Below are positions 13,985 through 27,187 of a stretch of DNA of 64,000 nt, piece after piece (the first letter of the stretch is position 1; each line of letters opens with the position of its first letter). The position numbers and the translations under genes were made by a program. This DNA comes from Azolla caroliniana (lineage: Eukaryota > Plantae > Polypodiophyta). The stretch lies in contig JBHGNT010000002.1 of the NCBI GenBank assembly GCA_043228905.1, forward strand, positions 21,390,001 through 21,454,000, written 5' to 3'. The notes below the pieces were generated by a model, which saw only the letters and a program-made list of their open reading frames with translations, did no database searches and was not told the origin of the DNA.

Positions 13985-16090
13985 AAGAACCAATGCTTTT
14001 ATCCTCCTTGTCATCGATCATTGTGTTGTCATCATCTAAGTGAAACCCTTTCTTTTTTTAATCCACGTGTTTATTTCTTGTGACATTTTTACTTGCACCA
14101 AAAGCATTCTAAATTTCAGTTATCTTCTCCTTCAAAAAAGAGATTGCTTATTTTTCATAGATGCTTGGCCTTTGTAGCTCTAAATTTGTAGATAGGTGTA
14201 TCGATCTCATCCAACTAACACTCATTGGTTATAACTTATAAGCCATACATTCCTTGTTTTTTCTCTTCACGGGTCTTAAGATAACCTTTCTTCAGATTAT
14301 ATTTCCCAATCAAATCATCAACACCAAGTTGAACCAATCAACCTTGATCAAAACAATCCTTTCAATCACAATGATTTTTTGTGGGTTGCCATTTCACATA
14401 TCCTTTACTCTTTTGTGTTTTATTGATGATCATTATCGTCATGCGTCTCCATTGAGTTCAACTATCTAATAAGTGCATCATTTATCATTCAAAGGTTGAT
14501 TATCAATATCCATTTGCACAACCATCAAATATAAAATACGGCATTTCATCGGCTACCACTCTTGTAGGACAATTGTTTTGTGAGCTATAATGCAGGCCCT
14601 TCATTAGTACTTTTATTAAGGAAGATATAGATGGAGCTTATGTTGTTGAAACTCTCTAGATAAGCATTGCAACTCTAAATGGAAGATAGGAGTGCAAACC
14701 CATCCCTATTACACATTGTGACGATGTATTCCTTTGCCATCCACTCATGCTTATAATTTAACTTATGAAAATTGTTATCTTTTACAAATGGGACATGCAA
14801 AGAAGTTTGTAACTTCAATGAACACCAAATGTTGTCTTGCTAGTTCGAAAAGCTATTACATAACCAACATAGAAACATGCATCGTGTATTATAATTAACT
14901 CAAGCCATACAATGAAAACAAGTGATTAACTAACATTGACCTTGATCATTTCATTTTTCTATGACAAATGGCTACATTCTACTAAGATAATATTATTCTT
15001 GTTTTTCTATTAATTGTTCCTCGAGAAAGAAAGCCACCATATCTATTCATCATTGTTTACCTTCAAACATCCCTCTAAGATGAGAATATCGAAGCTACCA
15101 AGTGTTAGAAAAAAATTAATATTGTGGCCCCCAAATATTTTTGAAGTACAACTACGATTCCATGCCCCCCGAGAGAGCTCCATTTTCCCTTCTTTTTCAT
15201 AACATAAGCCACATTAAGGTCATTAGCCTTTCAATTGCCCTTCATGACCATGGTAGCTAATATGAAACCATCAGAACCATACTTGATATCATCACTTTAA
15301 GTCTTACATGAAAAGTGCAAGTTTGTGACTTCTAATACATGAATTTCCAAACCTGAGGCTACCACAAATAGTTCTCACACTTCCATAGCTTTAACAATGT
15401 TTTCATGATACCCAAAAACATGAAGTGATTAATTGTTAATGCACGCACAATAATGGACTTGTTCTCACACTTCCAAAGCTTTAACAATGTTTCCATGATA
15501 CCCAAAAACATGAAGTGATCAATTGTTAATGCATGCACAATAATGGACTTCTCGATGGGTAACGGTCCCACCAAATCTCCACCCTTACCATATTATGTAA
15601 CATTGTTAAAATGGGATGTGCTAAAATTCGCAAACAATAAGGGACTCAACATATATCCTCGTCTAATTGACTTCCAAAATTTAGAACAAGTCGAGTTATT
15701 CTCCCACTTGGCACTGAGCATGGCATACTAGCTTGATCCCTTGCCCAAAATATATATCAATCTTGATATTTAGTTATAGAAACATATATGAGTCATTAAT
15801 TCCCACGCAAATAACCAACCCACATTGTTGTGTGCTTTTTCAAGCTCTAATTATAGTATGCATAGCCTTTGATTCGAGTCCTTAGCATAGTTGATGGCCA
15901 TTCATTAATTTAGAATGTTATGCAAAATATCCTTTGTTACTATAAACCCCTAGTGTGCTTTGTGAACAATTCTTGATAAGTATGTCTACAATTATTAGTA
16001 TGATTTTAACAAAAGTATTATAAATTCACCTCATCAAAGAAATGCATCACCAATGATTAAAAGAGGAGGAAGACTCGACCTTAAACAAGG
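13985..16090 (-). repeat. Ancient Ty3/gypsy integrase-like relic, copy 1 of a segmental duplication (copy 2 at ~20515-22050)
   Basis: Colinear similarity from aataagaacca..tgctttatcctc to aaagaggaggaagactc..aaacaaggg. Minus-strand IIVHALTIDHF...KLWKCENYLW resembles an integrase zinc-finger region. 90-bp tandem duplication at 15371-15550. Confidence 0.6.
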
Positions 16091-17840
16091 GCTTTATTAG
16101 GTCATTCTTTCATGAGTATGGGGGCCTATTACCCGAACTCCAAACTTGTTAAAATAAAATTGTGAGTCAAGACATGTCTCATGTGCAGGATTGCGGCAGT
16201 GCAAGGATGTTTAAAATTATTCACCCAAGCCACATTATCACATATAGTGTCAATAGAGAAAATAAAGTTAATATACAAATATTCCTTTAAATTTACTAAT
16301 TTGAGAATCAAAAACAAATATATAGAGAAAAACACACATAAGAAATCAATAAAGACAATATTATGTTAATGAAGGAGTTTTGCAAGAGAAATCAAGAAGG
16401 CCCACAACTGGTGTAACCAGAATGGTTCGACAAAAGTGTGAGGCTTCAATTTATAGTCACTGTTAGTTAGGAATATCGGTCTATATTTGATGGATCTTCA
16501 TGATCCCCATCATCTATCAACTCTTTTGCCTCATGTGATGAACTCTTCCTTTAATGGTCATCACACTCCCCATTATCTATAACCTCCAAAATCTTTCAAA
16601 ACCTATTGGACTTCAAAGGAATCCCAAATCCAACCCTTCAAGCCCAAAATGGACATCATAGTAAAGCAAATTGGGATCAATTTCCATATACTAAATCATG
16701 GCCATCTTGAATCCTATCATGAAAATGGAGATGAGTATTTGGTCTTTGCTTTCTTTTTTCTTTGTTTTAAAGCTTTGATGCACTTCGACTAACCTCACCC
16801 TACAAATCTACATCCATTTCTAGGCAAAACGCGTTAGAGAAAAAAAAAACAAATGAGTGTTTCATCTTTCTTACTTTAATATTACAACCTTGATGCACTT
16901 TGACAAAGAAATTCTCATGCCTTTGGTCTTCGTTCATTGTTTTGGAGAATATACTAAGATGAGTTTTTGTGACTTGGATCTTCGAGAACATTTCATTTGC
17001 AAAAAGACCAAAAATCTATTCCATTTGGATGACATACTTTGAATAACTGTACTGCAACTTTCGATCCATATCCATACATGATGACATACGATCAAATTGA
17101 AAGGTATTCAAGAAAAACAAATGAGTGTTTCATCAATGTTCTTTACATTAAAACTTGGATAAAGTTTGGCAAAAGAACTTCTCATGGATTTGGTTTTCCT
17201 TCTTTCCCCCCCAAAAAAAGATACTACATTACCTTTCAGTGATGAGTCCCTTTTCTAAATTCTAACCGTAGGTTTAAATAATTACTTCGGTGTAGAATAG
17301 AAACCACTCCACCTTATAATTTTTTTTTTACTACGGCTTAAATGAACAATGGCTTTGGTATTTGTTCATCGATTCTAACGTAGTATCAATAACAACTTAT
17401 GGTTTCGAAGAAAACAAAAGACATTTTGCGACAGGGATTCTTCCTTTTTTGACAAAGGTTGTATTGCAAGAAAGGTCTATAAAGGCGGCTTTATTTCTAC
17501 ATGGCTCTCAACGCAATAAGGTCTATTAAGGCTTATTTGGATTTCTCATTTGCTCTTTTATTCAATAAAGTCTATAGAGTTTATTCACATTTAATGAGAA
17601 AAGTCGCTATGCAAGAGTAGGTGAAGGTGGTTTCCTTGTTGTCCAAGGTAACCTACTCAAAATATTATAAATTCTAGAAGCTTAGAAAACTATGTTTGCT
17701 CTTTTTCTTTATCCATGTCCTAAGGAGGAGGTACTATCACACAGACAGGTTTCGGAGACCCGGAAGACATTAATAAGTTAATAAGGAAGGATTAAGAGCA
17801 TAATTAGCCGACGGAAGAAGTATTAAGACAATAATTAGCG

Positions 17841-18218
17841 ATGAAATGGCGGTCACATCATCGGAGATCGCCATTGGTGTGGATGGGTTTGGTTAGTATA
17901 GTGATTCTAGTAGGAGTAGTGTTCAGACCTGTGTTGGTGATAGGAGGAGATAGTGAGAAGAGTAGTATCAACATTCTGGTGCCATTGAAGCTAGGATTCC
18001 CGGAGTTTGTGAGATGGGCATCCGTCGAGACCCCGCCCACCAATGCCTCGCTTACGTTCTCTGGATTTGCCATCGAGGTTTTCGAGCGATGCGTCGAGAA
18101 GCTCGATTACCCTCTGAATTACAAATTCATCGGCTATGGCGATGGCATCACCGACCCTTCGTACAATGACCTCCTGCACGCACTGGTCGACTCTGAGGTA
18201 TATACATACATACATACA

Positions 18219-18265
<47 letters not shown>

Positions 18266-20007
18266 GTATCAAAACACAACAGTTTTTTCTTAGTTCCTTC
18301 TTGTTTCTCGGAAATGTATGTACTCACTTAACCCTCGAAAGATTTGTAGATTAATTATGCAATGTTTGAATTGTGGGTTGTATTTAGGACATCGATGGAG
18401 TGGTGGCCGACTTGACGATAACAATGGATCGATGGGAAACTGTGGACTTCACACAACCCTATGTGCAATCCAGCCTTCAAATGGTTGTGCCCTTACAACA
18501 TGGCAGGAATAACCAAGATTTTTTTATATTCCTTAGACCCTTCTCAACTACACTGTGGGTTGCCATTGGGGCCCTCTTCTTTGGCACCATTGTTTTTCTC
18601 TTCATCTTGGAGTACAAGAATTTGGACGATCCGTCACAAACTGGCATTATGAAGAAGAAGCTATGGGAGATAATTTGGTAACCAAACTTGCCTTCGCCTA
18701 TGGATTCTTGCATATGTTTGTATTTGTGTATGTGCGTATTGCGTATGTGTGAGTGAGTGAGTGAGTGTGTGTGCTGTATATACATATATCTGTATACATC
18801 ACATGTGTCTTTTTCATAATTCCAAACTTTCATTTCTTACACTGTTTTGATGCATCATGGGCTGCATTCATGCAGGAATACAACATTGTCCCTGTTCTTC
18901 TCCCAAGGTACTCAATATGTATGTATATATATGTATATATATATATATATTCTAATCTCTCAAAACAAGCTCTATTTGTGGGTAAATCATCAGAAATTTT
19001 GATCATGGAATTCTCCACAACATTTGTTGACACTAAAATGACTTTTGGACCACAGGACGAGATGTTTTGTCACATTTGGGTCGCCTATTGATGGTCTTCT
19101 GGTTGGTCTCTGTACTCATATTTACGTCCAGCTATACGGCGAGTTTGTCATCGATATTGGCAGCAGAACAACCGAGTCCAACAATCCAAAATTTTGTAAA
19201 CCTGCAAAAGAGTCGATTAAAAGTAGGGTATCAGGAGGGATCGTTCACATATGATTACATGAAAAATAACCTCTACATTGCGGCAGACCGACTTGTTCCA
19301 TTAGATTCCGAAGAGGATTATGATAGTGCATTGAAGTCGGGGAAAGTAGCCGCAATTATCGACGAGTCACCTTATATTGACACATTCCTTACAACCTTTG
19401 GATGCGATTACTCGAATGTGGACACAGATATCGCCTACTTTAGTGGCTTCGGTTTTGTGAGTGAATTTGTTACTCCAATCTTATTTATATCATGTGCATG
19501 GATATTGTTGTCTACACATGGCAATGATGAGGGTTTCAATCATCTTTTTCTTGTTGAGTAAAGCTAGAGACTTTATAATGGTTGCAGGCATTCAAGAAAA
19601 ACTCATCCTTGACCAACAATTTCTCGCTGGCGATTATAACTCTGGAGCAAAACAGAGATCTCCAGAACATCAAGGATAAATGGTTGGGCTCTGGAGATTG
19701 TCCGACTGACATTAACGGCACGGCGAACATATCTCTCGGCAGTTTCGGGGGGCTATTCATTATCATCACAGGATTTTATTTTGTGTGCATCATCGTGAAG
19801 ATGATAATATTGACCAAAGCAAGGAATTTGACAGCCAATGCAGCACCTTCAACATCTAGGTCATATTCCAATAAGATAGCACCTATTGAGATGAATGCCT
19901 TTGGAGAGGAGAACCCAACTTTTACGACTGGTTCCATGTCCCTCAAAGAAGTCACATGCTGTGACGAAATTGGTGTCGCCGAGACTCCTTCGACATGTTC
20001 TCACTAA
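17841..20007 (+). CDS. GLR: Glutamate receptor-like ion channel, short form without amino-terminal domain (GLR-A, ~499 aa, 5 exons)
   Basis: Exons 17841-18197, 18388-18677, 18876-18907 (32 nt), 19056-19456, 19588-20007 give a 1500-nt open frame. Signal peptide, then S1 (FSGFAIEVF, VADLTITMDRWETVDFTQPY), M1, pore loop, M3 SSYTASLSSIL, S2 (GYQEGSF, DESPY, GFGFAF) and M4. In-frame TAA at 17832. Confidence 0.92.
18198..18265. repeat. (TACA)n(TA)n microsatellite at GLR-A intron-1 start (also at 31003-31068 in GLR-B)
   Basis: Direct reading. Confidence 0.9.
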
Positions 20008-20189
20008 GATGGGTCTGATTTTGTGGCGATGTCCACGTGAACGAAAAAGTTTGCTCATTGATTATATCTCTCGAGGATCGTGAGGTCTGTCTATGTGGTA
20101 GTCACCGACCGAGTAAGTGAATTATAATACAATTTCAATGACTATGGGAAGGCAATTCAACAAAGTCTTGTTGGTAAGATGAGGGTAGG

Positions 20190-20515
20190 ATACATTTCCT
20201 CTAGCCCAAACCCAGAGAGGTTGTACTTAGTTTGTAATCTTTGTTATTCTATCCACCTGATTGGGTGAAGGTTGTAACCAAGGCCATCGCCTTGAGGTAG
20301 ATACATTCTTCTAGTGAAAACCTAAAGAGGTTGTATTTGGTTGTATTCAGATCATAGTAAAGTTGTTTTGGAACCTAGGGTTCTGTGGTTTTTCCCTATT
20401 TTGGGTTTTCCACATTAAAATTCCGGTGTACTCTCATTTTCTGTCTTGTGGTTTCATCTATTGTTACTTGTGTTTGTAGTCCAAATCATCCCGATTCAGT
20501 CCCATATTCCTAAAA
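20190..20515 (+). mobile_element. Partial copia-type LTR at the junction of the duplicated blocks
   Basis: gtggtttttccctattttgggttttccacattaaaatt is a common plant copia LTR U5 motif; short internal duplication (gtagatacatt..ctctag..gagaggttgta). Confidence 0.5.
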
Positions 20516-22050
20516 ATAAGAACCATTGCTTTTATCCTCATTATTGATCATTGGACTCTGCCCCATGTAATCCATGTGTTTACTTCTTGTCACATTTATA
20601 CTTTCACAAAGAGCATTCTCCTTCCAAACAGAGATTTCTTGTTTCAAAGATGCTTTGCCTTTGTAACTCAAAAATTTATAGATAGGTGTATTGAGTGAAG
20701 CCATACATTCCTTGTTTTTTCTCTTCACAAGTCTTAAGATAAACTTTCTTCATATTATATTTCCCTATCGAATCATCAACACTTGTGTTGAACCAATCAA
20801 TGTTGATCAAAATAATCCTTTCAATCACAGTGACTTTTTGTGGGTCTCCATTTCACACATCCTTCACTCTTTTGTGTTCTATTGATGATCATTATCTTCA
20901 TGCATATTTATTGAGTTCAACTATCCTGTAAGTGCATGCATTTATCATCCAAAGTTTGATTAGCAATATCTATTCGCACCGCCATCAAGTAGTTTAAAAT
21001 ACGACATTTAATCGACCACCATTCCTGTAGTACAATTGTTTTGTGAGCTATAATGCATGCCCTTCATTAGTATTCTTCTTATTAAGTAAGGAAGACAAGT
21101 TGGAGCTTATGTTGCTTAAATTCTCTAGATAAGCATTGCAACTATAAATGGAAGATAAGAGTGCAAAACCATCCCTATTACACATTGTGACCATGTATTC
21201 CTTTTTTGCCATCCACCATCCAAATATTTTTGAAGTACAACGATTCCATGCCCCTCAAGAGAGCTCCATTTTCCCTTCAATTGCCCTTTTTGACAATGGT
21301 AGATAATATGAAACGATAGGAACTATACTTGATATCACCACTTTAAGCCTCACATGAAAAGTGCAAGTTTGTCACTTCCATTACATGAATTTTCAAACTT
21401 ATGGGCAACCACAAATAGTTCCCACACTTCCATTGCTTTAACAATCATTTCATGATACCCAAAAGTGTGAAGTGATCAATTCTTAATGCATGCACAATAA
21501 ATGTACTTCCTGATGGGAGCAATGGTCGCACCAAACCTCCAAACTAACCATATTATGTAACCTTGTTAAAATAGGACATGTTACAATCACAAACAATAAG
21601 TGACTCAACATATATCCTCATCTAATTCATGTCCAAATAAGAATAGGTTGAGTTATTCTCCCATTGAGCATGGCGTACGAGCTTCATCCCTTGCCCAAAA
21701 TATATATCAATCTTGATATTCAGTTATAGAAACATATATGAGTCATTAATACCCACACAAATAACCTACCTACATTGTCATGGCATTGCACTTTTTCAAG
21801 ATGTAACTATATTATGAGTAACCCTTGATTCGAGTCCTTAGCATAGTTGATGGCCATTCATTAATGTAGAATGTTATGCAAAATATCCTTTGCTACTATA
21901 AACCCGTTGTGTTTTTTGTGAACAAATTTTGATAGCTATTTTTACAATTGTTAGTAATGACTTTAACAAAAGTATTGTAAATTCACCTCATCAAAGAAAT
22001 ACATCACTAATGATTAAAAGAGGAGGAAGACTCAACTTGAAACAAGGGCC
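20515..22050 (-). repeat. Copy 2 of the duplicated upstream block (gypsy integrase-like relic)
   Basis: Colinear with 13985-16090, with internal deletions. Confidence 0.7.
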
Positions 22051-22855
22051 CCTTCTGGATTGATCTCCATCATTGGATACAAGTTATTGTACTTGTGTCC
22101 ATTCCCGATCTTTAGATTTCCTCGACTGATCATCCATGTCGACTCACTCACAGTCGTTTTGTACCCGTCTTTGGCTAACATACCTGCAATTCTGCACTCC
22201 TGCCCATTGCCTAGTCGGACTATGCCGTTGGCTTCAGCCGAATAGTTAGAAAACCATTCGATGTTCGGGGTTACGTTGAATGTTGCACCGGAATCTAGCA
22301 ACCATGTATGTGCATCTTGCGCAATGTAGAGGACTTCTCCGATTAACAAGTCCTCTAAGGAGAGGATTTCTCCCGATTGGGTGTTGGCAACATTGACTTG
22401 GTTGCCAAGTGGAGAGCGGTTTGAGTCGGATCGTCTTGATTATGCTCGAATCGTTGACCACTCTCTTTCCTCTTGATCAACTAGCAATCGGAAACATTGT
22501 GACTGACTATTCTACAACGAGTGCAAAAATCGCCTTGTTGGCCATTTCTCGACTTCGACTGCTGTTGGTCTCCACTTGTTTTTGACCGATTGGTATTTCG
22601 ACCGGTTTTGTTGACTTGTTCTCTCGATCGACTGAATTGGTCGATCGACTTGGTCGGGTGGTGGGCTTTTGCCGACTCGTCGATGGTGAGTCCCATCGAT
22701 TTTCGTCGAATTTCCTGTGTGAGGACTTGACCGACTGTTTCTTCTAGATTTACGTTTGGTCGGCTATTGGCAAATGTCATGCAGAATACCTCCTAACTCG
22801 CCGGCAAGCTTGATAGGAGGGCAAGGGCTTTTACTTCTTCTTCGAAGTTGAACCC
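22050..22855 (-). mobile_element. Ty1/copia gag-protease fragment
   Basis: WLLDSGATFNVTP (protease), zinc knuckle CTRCRIVSHNVSDC, LLSLPAS gag motif. Confidence 0.8.
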
Positions 22856-23550
22856 TTGGGAGGAGAGTTCAAACAACAACTGACTGAATGGTCATCCTTT
22901 CTTTTTGATCGAACGTCTTCAAAAATAATAGGACCTTATCCACCCCCACCAATGTTCGATCCCGCTCCGAGAGTTGTGCAAAACGATGCTCGAACTGTTG
23001 GAATGTTTGCATTGTGCTTTGGTGGGACTTCAGCGATGCTACCCACTCGTCGAACTCGCGCCGACCTTGCCCCTTTGGTTTCTCATACCCACATGCCTCC
23101 AATAGAGCTTCCTCGAAGGACTCCCTTGACTAATGAGCTTCTCGAAGCTCTTTGACCTCTTTGTGTCTCGATACGCTCACCACCCGCAAAAAAAACTCTA
23201 GCCTCGCTGCTTCGTCCACGCCCACTTCGTTGTCTCAGCATTGTAGGCTCTCAAAAACCTTGAGACCTCGTCCCCGTTGAAACGGCCAACTCGTGGGACC
23301 ACAGTCTCGACGGCTTGTTGAGCTGCGTCTCGTCTTTCTTTTTACCTTACGAAATCCATCACTATCCTCGCCATTACTTCCGTGAAGTCCTCCTCTTCCA
23401 TCCATGTCCTCCCTTGCCACCCTTTCACGTCGGGTTCACCAAGATGTCACAGAAATCCGTCTGTGCGTGTTGGATCCGGGTGGGACCACTGAGGACTTGA
23501 ACTAGGGAGTGAAAGAAGGGAAAAAGTAGGAGCTTACACCATCTAGTCCA
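22856..23550 (-). mobile_element. Ty3/gypsy-like gag fragment (different family)
   Basis: FQQFEHRFAQLSERDRTLVGVDKVLLFLKTFD resembles retroelement gag of non-seed plants; family assignment is from memory only. Confidence 0.5.
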
Positions 23551-23924
23551 GCTTCAACCTATACAAACACAAAACCTAGAGGAGGGCTCAACGACTCTAG
23601 GACTTCGACGAGAATGCTTCCGAACACAAAAATGGATGATTTGACATCCGACACAACGAGAACAAAAGAAATCAAGATCTAGACAACATAATATATATAC
23701 CAAAACAATTTCTTTATATAAGGCTCAAAGCCTCAATAGATTTACAACGATGGTGCTTAGACCGGTCTCAACTATACTAGACAAACAAAAGTGGTACAAT
23801 AGAGAGGGACGGAGTTGGGAATTCGTGACGACGACCACCACCACCTAACACGAGCACACCAAGCGTAACCTCGAATACAACAGGAGCACGAGCACCCCAC
23901 CACACACCACATGAACCGAGAACC

Positions 23925-24140
23925 ATGTACCACGAGAGCCGACCGCACCAACACCATGAACCTCGAACCACGCAAACGGTGAGCTCACAGACTCGCAATG
24001 ACGAACGTGGGCACCAACACCATCGACCGAGAACCACCCGAACGGCAAGCACACAGACTCGCAACGACGAACACGGGCACCGACACAATCGACCGAGAAC
24101 CACCCTAATGGCGAGCACATGGGCTCGCAACGACGAAGGG
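23925..24140. repeat. 66-bp GC-rich tandem repeat (~3.3 copies)
   Basis: (a/g)ctcgcaa recurs at 23991, 24057 and 24123. Confidence 0.8.
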
Positions 24141-24616
24141 GGGCGAAGCAATGCCGATCCAACAAGCCTCGGGGTCACAAGCTCCACAAACAACTCGAGC
24201 ACCTCAAGCGCCAACACCAACACAAGGCCACAAACACACCTCAAAGATGAGAGTGTGTATGAGAGAGATCAAGAACCCATAAGAACCTCCGAATGACCAA
24301 GAACAGGAAGAAGTAACAAAACCCCAAACTCTAGCTAGAAGAAGATGAGAAAGAACTGGTTAGCTCTAAACCCAATAGAAAGTAGAAAACAGGGAAACCT
24401 TAAAACAAAAACCCTAATGGTGCCATCCCCAAAACCCTATAAATGAAAGAGAAGAAGATAAATCTCCAAACCCTAAAGGTCTACCTCTAAAACACAAAAT
24501 GGTTGACCCCAATGAGCCCGTCTCGACCTCATTTTATAGGAAAAAAAGGAAAAGGGTTCGTCGGTTTTTCCCACACTCGAGCACACCACATCACGACAAC
24601 ATTTTCGACCAGATGC

Positions 24617-25069
24617 TATCATGATATGGCAAGACTCAAACCCATAACCTTATGTTATATGGGTTGAGGTCTTGACCATTATACCATCTATTGTAATACG
24701 TAGGATATTATTTTCATTTAAGTTTTATTATAGGAAATTAATGTATATTCTAGATTTCTCTATAACATTCTAGAAGCTTCAGGATTACTCTTGAGAACAC
24801 TATAAAAGAAGGCACTAAGCATTATGTTGAACCAAATTGGTTCAACGCCAGTCTTAAGCCTCTTAGCCATTTTGTACTTATCCTTCACATAATATATTGG
24901 TTGTTATCATCATCTCTCTCTCTCTCTCTCATCCTCACTATCTGTCTTTTCTCTTCTCTCTTTCTCTCTCTCTCTCTCGGGAGTCTTACGGAGTCCCATC
25001 CTCTTAGTACTAATAGTACTTCTCTTCTTTAGTACTAATCCCATATCTACTTTAGTACTATTCCTGATA
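24617..25069 (+). repeat. 5' LTR of chromovirus
   Basis: Near-identical to 27188-27630; TATAAAA at 24801. Confidence 0.92.
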
Positions 25070-26176
25070 GTTTGAACCAATTTTTTCCCTCAAGCCTACT
25101 TGTCGTTCTCCCTCATCCTCCTACCCTTTTCCCTATACTATGGCTACTGTTAGCGCCCAAGAATATCAATCCGTTTTCTCCTAGCGACAGTACCTAAAAG
25201 AAAAATTTGTTGCCTTGGAACAAGAAAACCAACGGCTGATAGGGGAACTGCAACATATCGCTCTAGAAAAACAACAAACGCAGCAACAACATGGGGAGTT
25301 AGCGTTACAGGTGCAACAACTTGAAGCGTCATTGCAACAACAAGGATCAAGTCCCCAAGGATTTCATAAAGAGCCGAAGATTGGACTTCCTGTGAAATTT
25401 GATGGAACGCGATCGCAATTTAGGGGATACCTTAATCAGGTACAATTAGTCATCCAAATGCATCCTTCCCGATACCCCACTGATGCATCCCGAGTTGGCT
25501 TAATAGGCACGTTGCTTCGCGGTTCAGCCTTAACATGGTTCGCTCCGCTTCTAGAAAAACAATCGCTCTTGCTTAATAACTTTGAAGATTTTATTAGTGA
25601 GTTTAAAGCCTGCTTTGGAGACACCGACAACATCAGGACGACGATCAACAAGATCTGACGATTGCGTCAAGGTGATCGTCCAGCCTCTGCCTACGCGGCA
25701 GATATCCGCCTACTCGCTTTAGATATCCTCTGGGATGATCAGGCACTAATGGAGCAGTTTCGCTATGGCCTGCGAAAGGATGTCAAAGATCTACTTCTAA
25801 CTTTCCCCGAAGAACCAAAGTCTCTTACGGAGGCAATCAGTCGAGTGGTCCGATGTGACAACCGCCTTTTCGAACGGTGTTTGGAACGTCAATTACAAAT
25901 ACCACGCTCTAGGCCGGAGCCCACTTACGCCTCAGTCGCAGCTAAACCGTTTGCACGAGACAAACCTCAAGCAAATACTTTGACACTGATGGAGATCGAT
26001 ACCATGCGTCGACGCGGCCCGTTATCGGAAGAAGAAAAGCAACGACGACGTGCAAATCGATTATGTCTTTATTGCGGTGGACCGGGGCATATCGCAATCA
26101 ATTGTCCCCATAGGCCAAGAAGACAGGTAAATCAAATTGTAGCCTGTTCTAAACCCGAGTCAATTCTTCCCTTAGG

Positions 26177-26266
26177 AGTGTCTGATAGTATTAATAGTAC
26201 TAATAGAGTGTTTGATAGTATTAATAGTACTAATAGAGTGTTTGATAGTATTAATAGTACTAATAG
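26177..26266 (+). repeat. 30-bp tandem repeat x3 in gag C-terminus
   Basis: gtgtttgatagtattaatagtactaataga (VFDSINSTNR). Confidence 0.85.
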
Positions 26267-27187
26267 CCCAAGTATCTCAAACAAATTTGAAATCCTTAGT
26301 CAATTAGATGAAGAGTTAAACGATTGAGTTCAGCCAAAATAGGAGCCGTTTGGTTGGACAACCCTAGATTTGTACAACCCATTAGTGGTTCCATTCCCTC
26401 CAAGCAAGTTAGCAATGTGTTCCTAGCCCAAGTCATGGTTAGTACTAAAAGTACTCCCCCAGTACATGTCCTAGCACTTCTAAATTCTGGAGCTAATTCT
26501 TGTTTTATGGATCAAAATTTTGCCCAAGCTTCTAAGATACCCTTAAGAAAACTTCCTTGCCCCGCATCTGTAGTAGTCATTGATGGTCGTCCCATTGCTT
26601 CCAGGAATATTGTAGAAGAGTCAGAACACATTCAAGTTGTCCTAGGTAGTTTTGTGTGTGTAGTAGCATTTAATATAATTAGTAGTCCAGAGCATCCCAT
26701 TGTCCTTGGATTACCTCGGTTTGAATTACATAATCCAGACACACACACAGAAGACTTACGCGGATCGTCATCGGCTTCCCTGCTCTTTTGCCATCGGAGA
26801 TCGAGTATGGCTTTTATGTCGTCACATCAAGACTACTAGACAGTGCGACAAGTTGGATTATCCGGTGTTCCATAGTTCTCTTCTTGAACCTTATAAAGCA
26901 AACACTCTTCCCGATCGTGTTACACCACCACCACCCCTGCTTGAGTTATTTAGACGCCGGCCTAGAGTATGAAGTTGCTGCCATCCTCGACTCCAAATTT
27001 GTTCGCAACAAACTTTATTATTTGGTCGATTGGCTCGGCTATAGTCCGAGTGAACGTATTTGGGAACCCGTCGAGCATGTCGCCAATGCTCAGGATCTTG
27101 TTGCTGAGTTCCATCGAAAGTATCCGGACAAACCTGGTCCGCAATCAACGCCGACTCGTTCCACTCGTCGCCTTAAGGGGGAGATAG

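Noticed and set aside
13000-17840. Hidden ATD-coding exons upstream of GLR-A (likewise upstream of B and C)
   Set aside because: No ORF with LIVBP/ANF-receptor character; the region is TE relic; exon 1 has its own signal peptide. Only RNA data can exclude it fully.
17841-20007. Horizontally acquired prokaryotic GluR0
   Set aside because: Has M4, plant-type SYTASL and DFTQPY motifs and spliceosomal introns; no GYG K+ filter.
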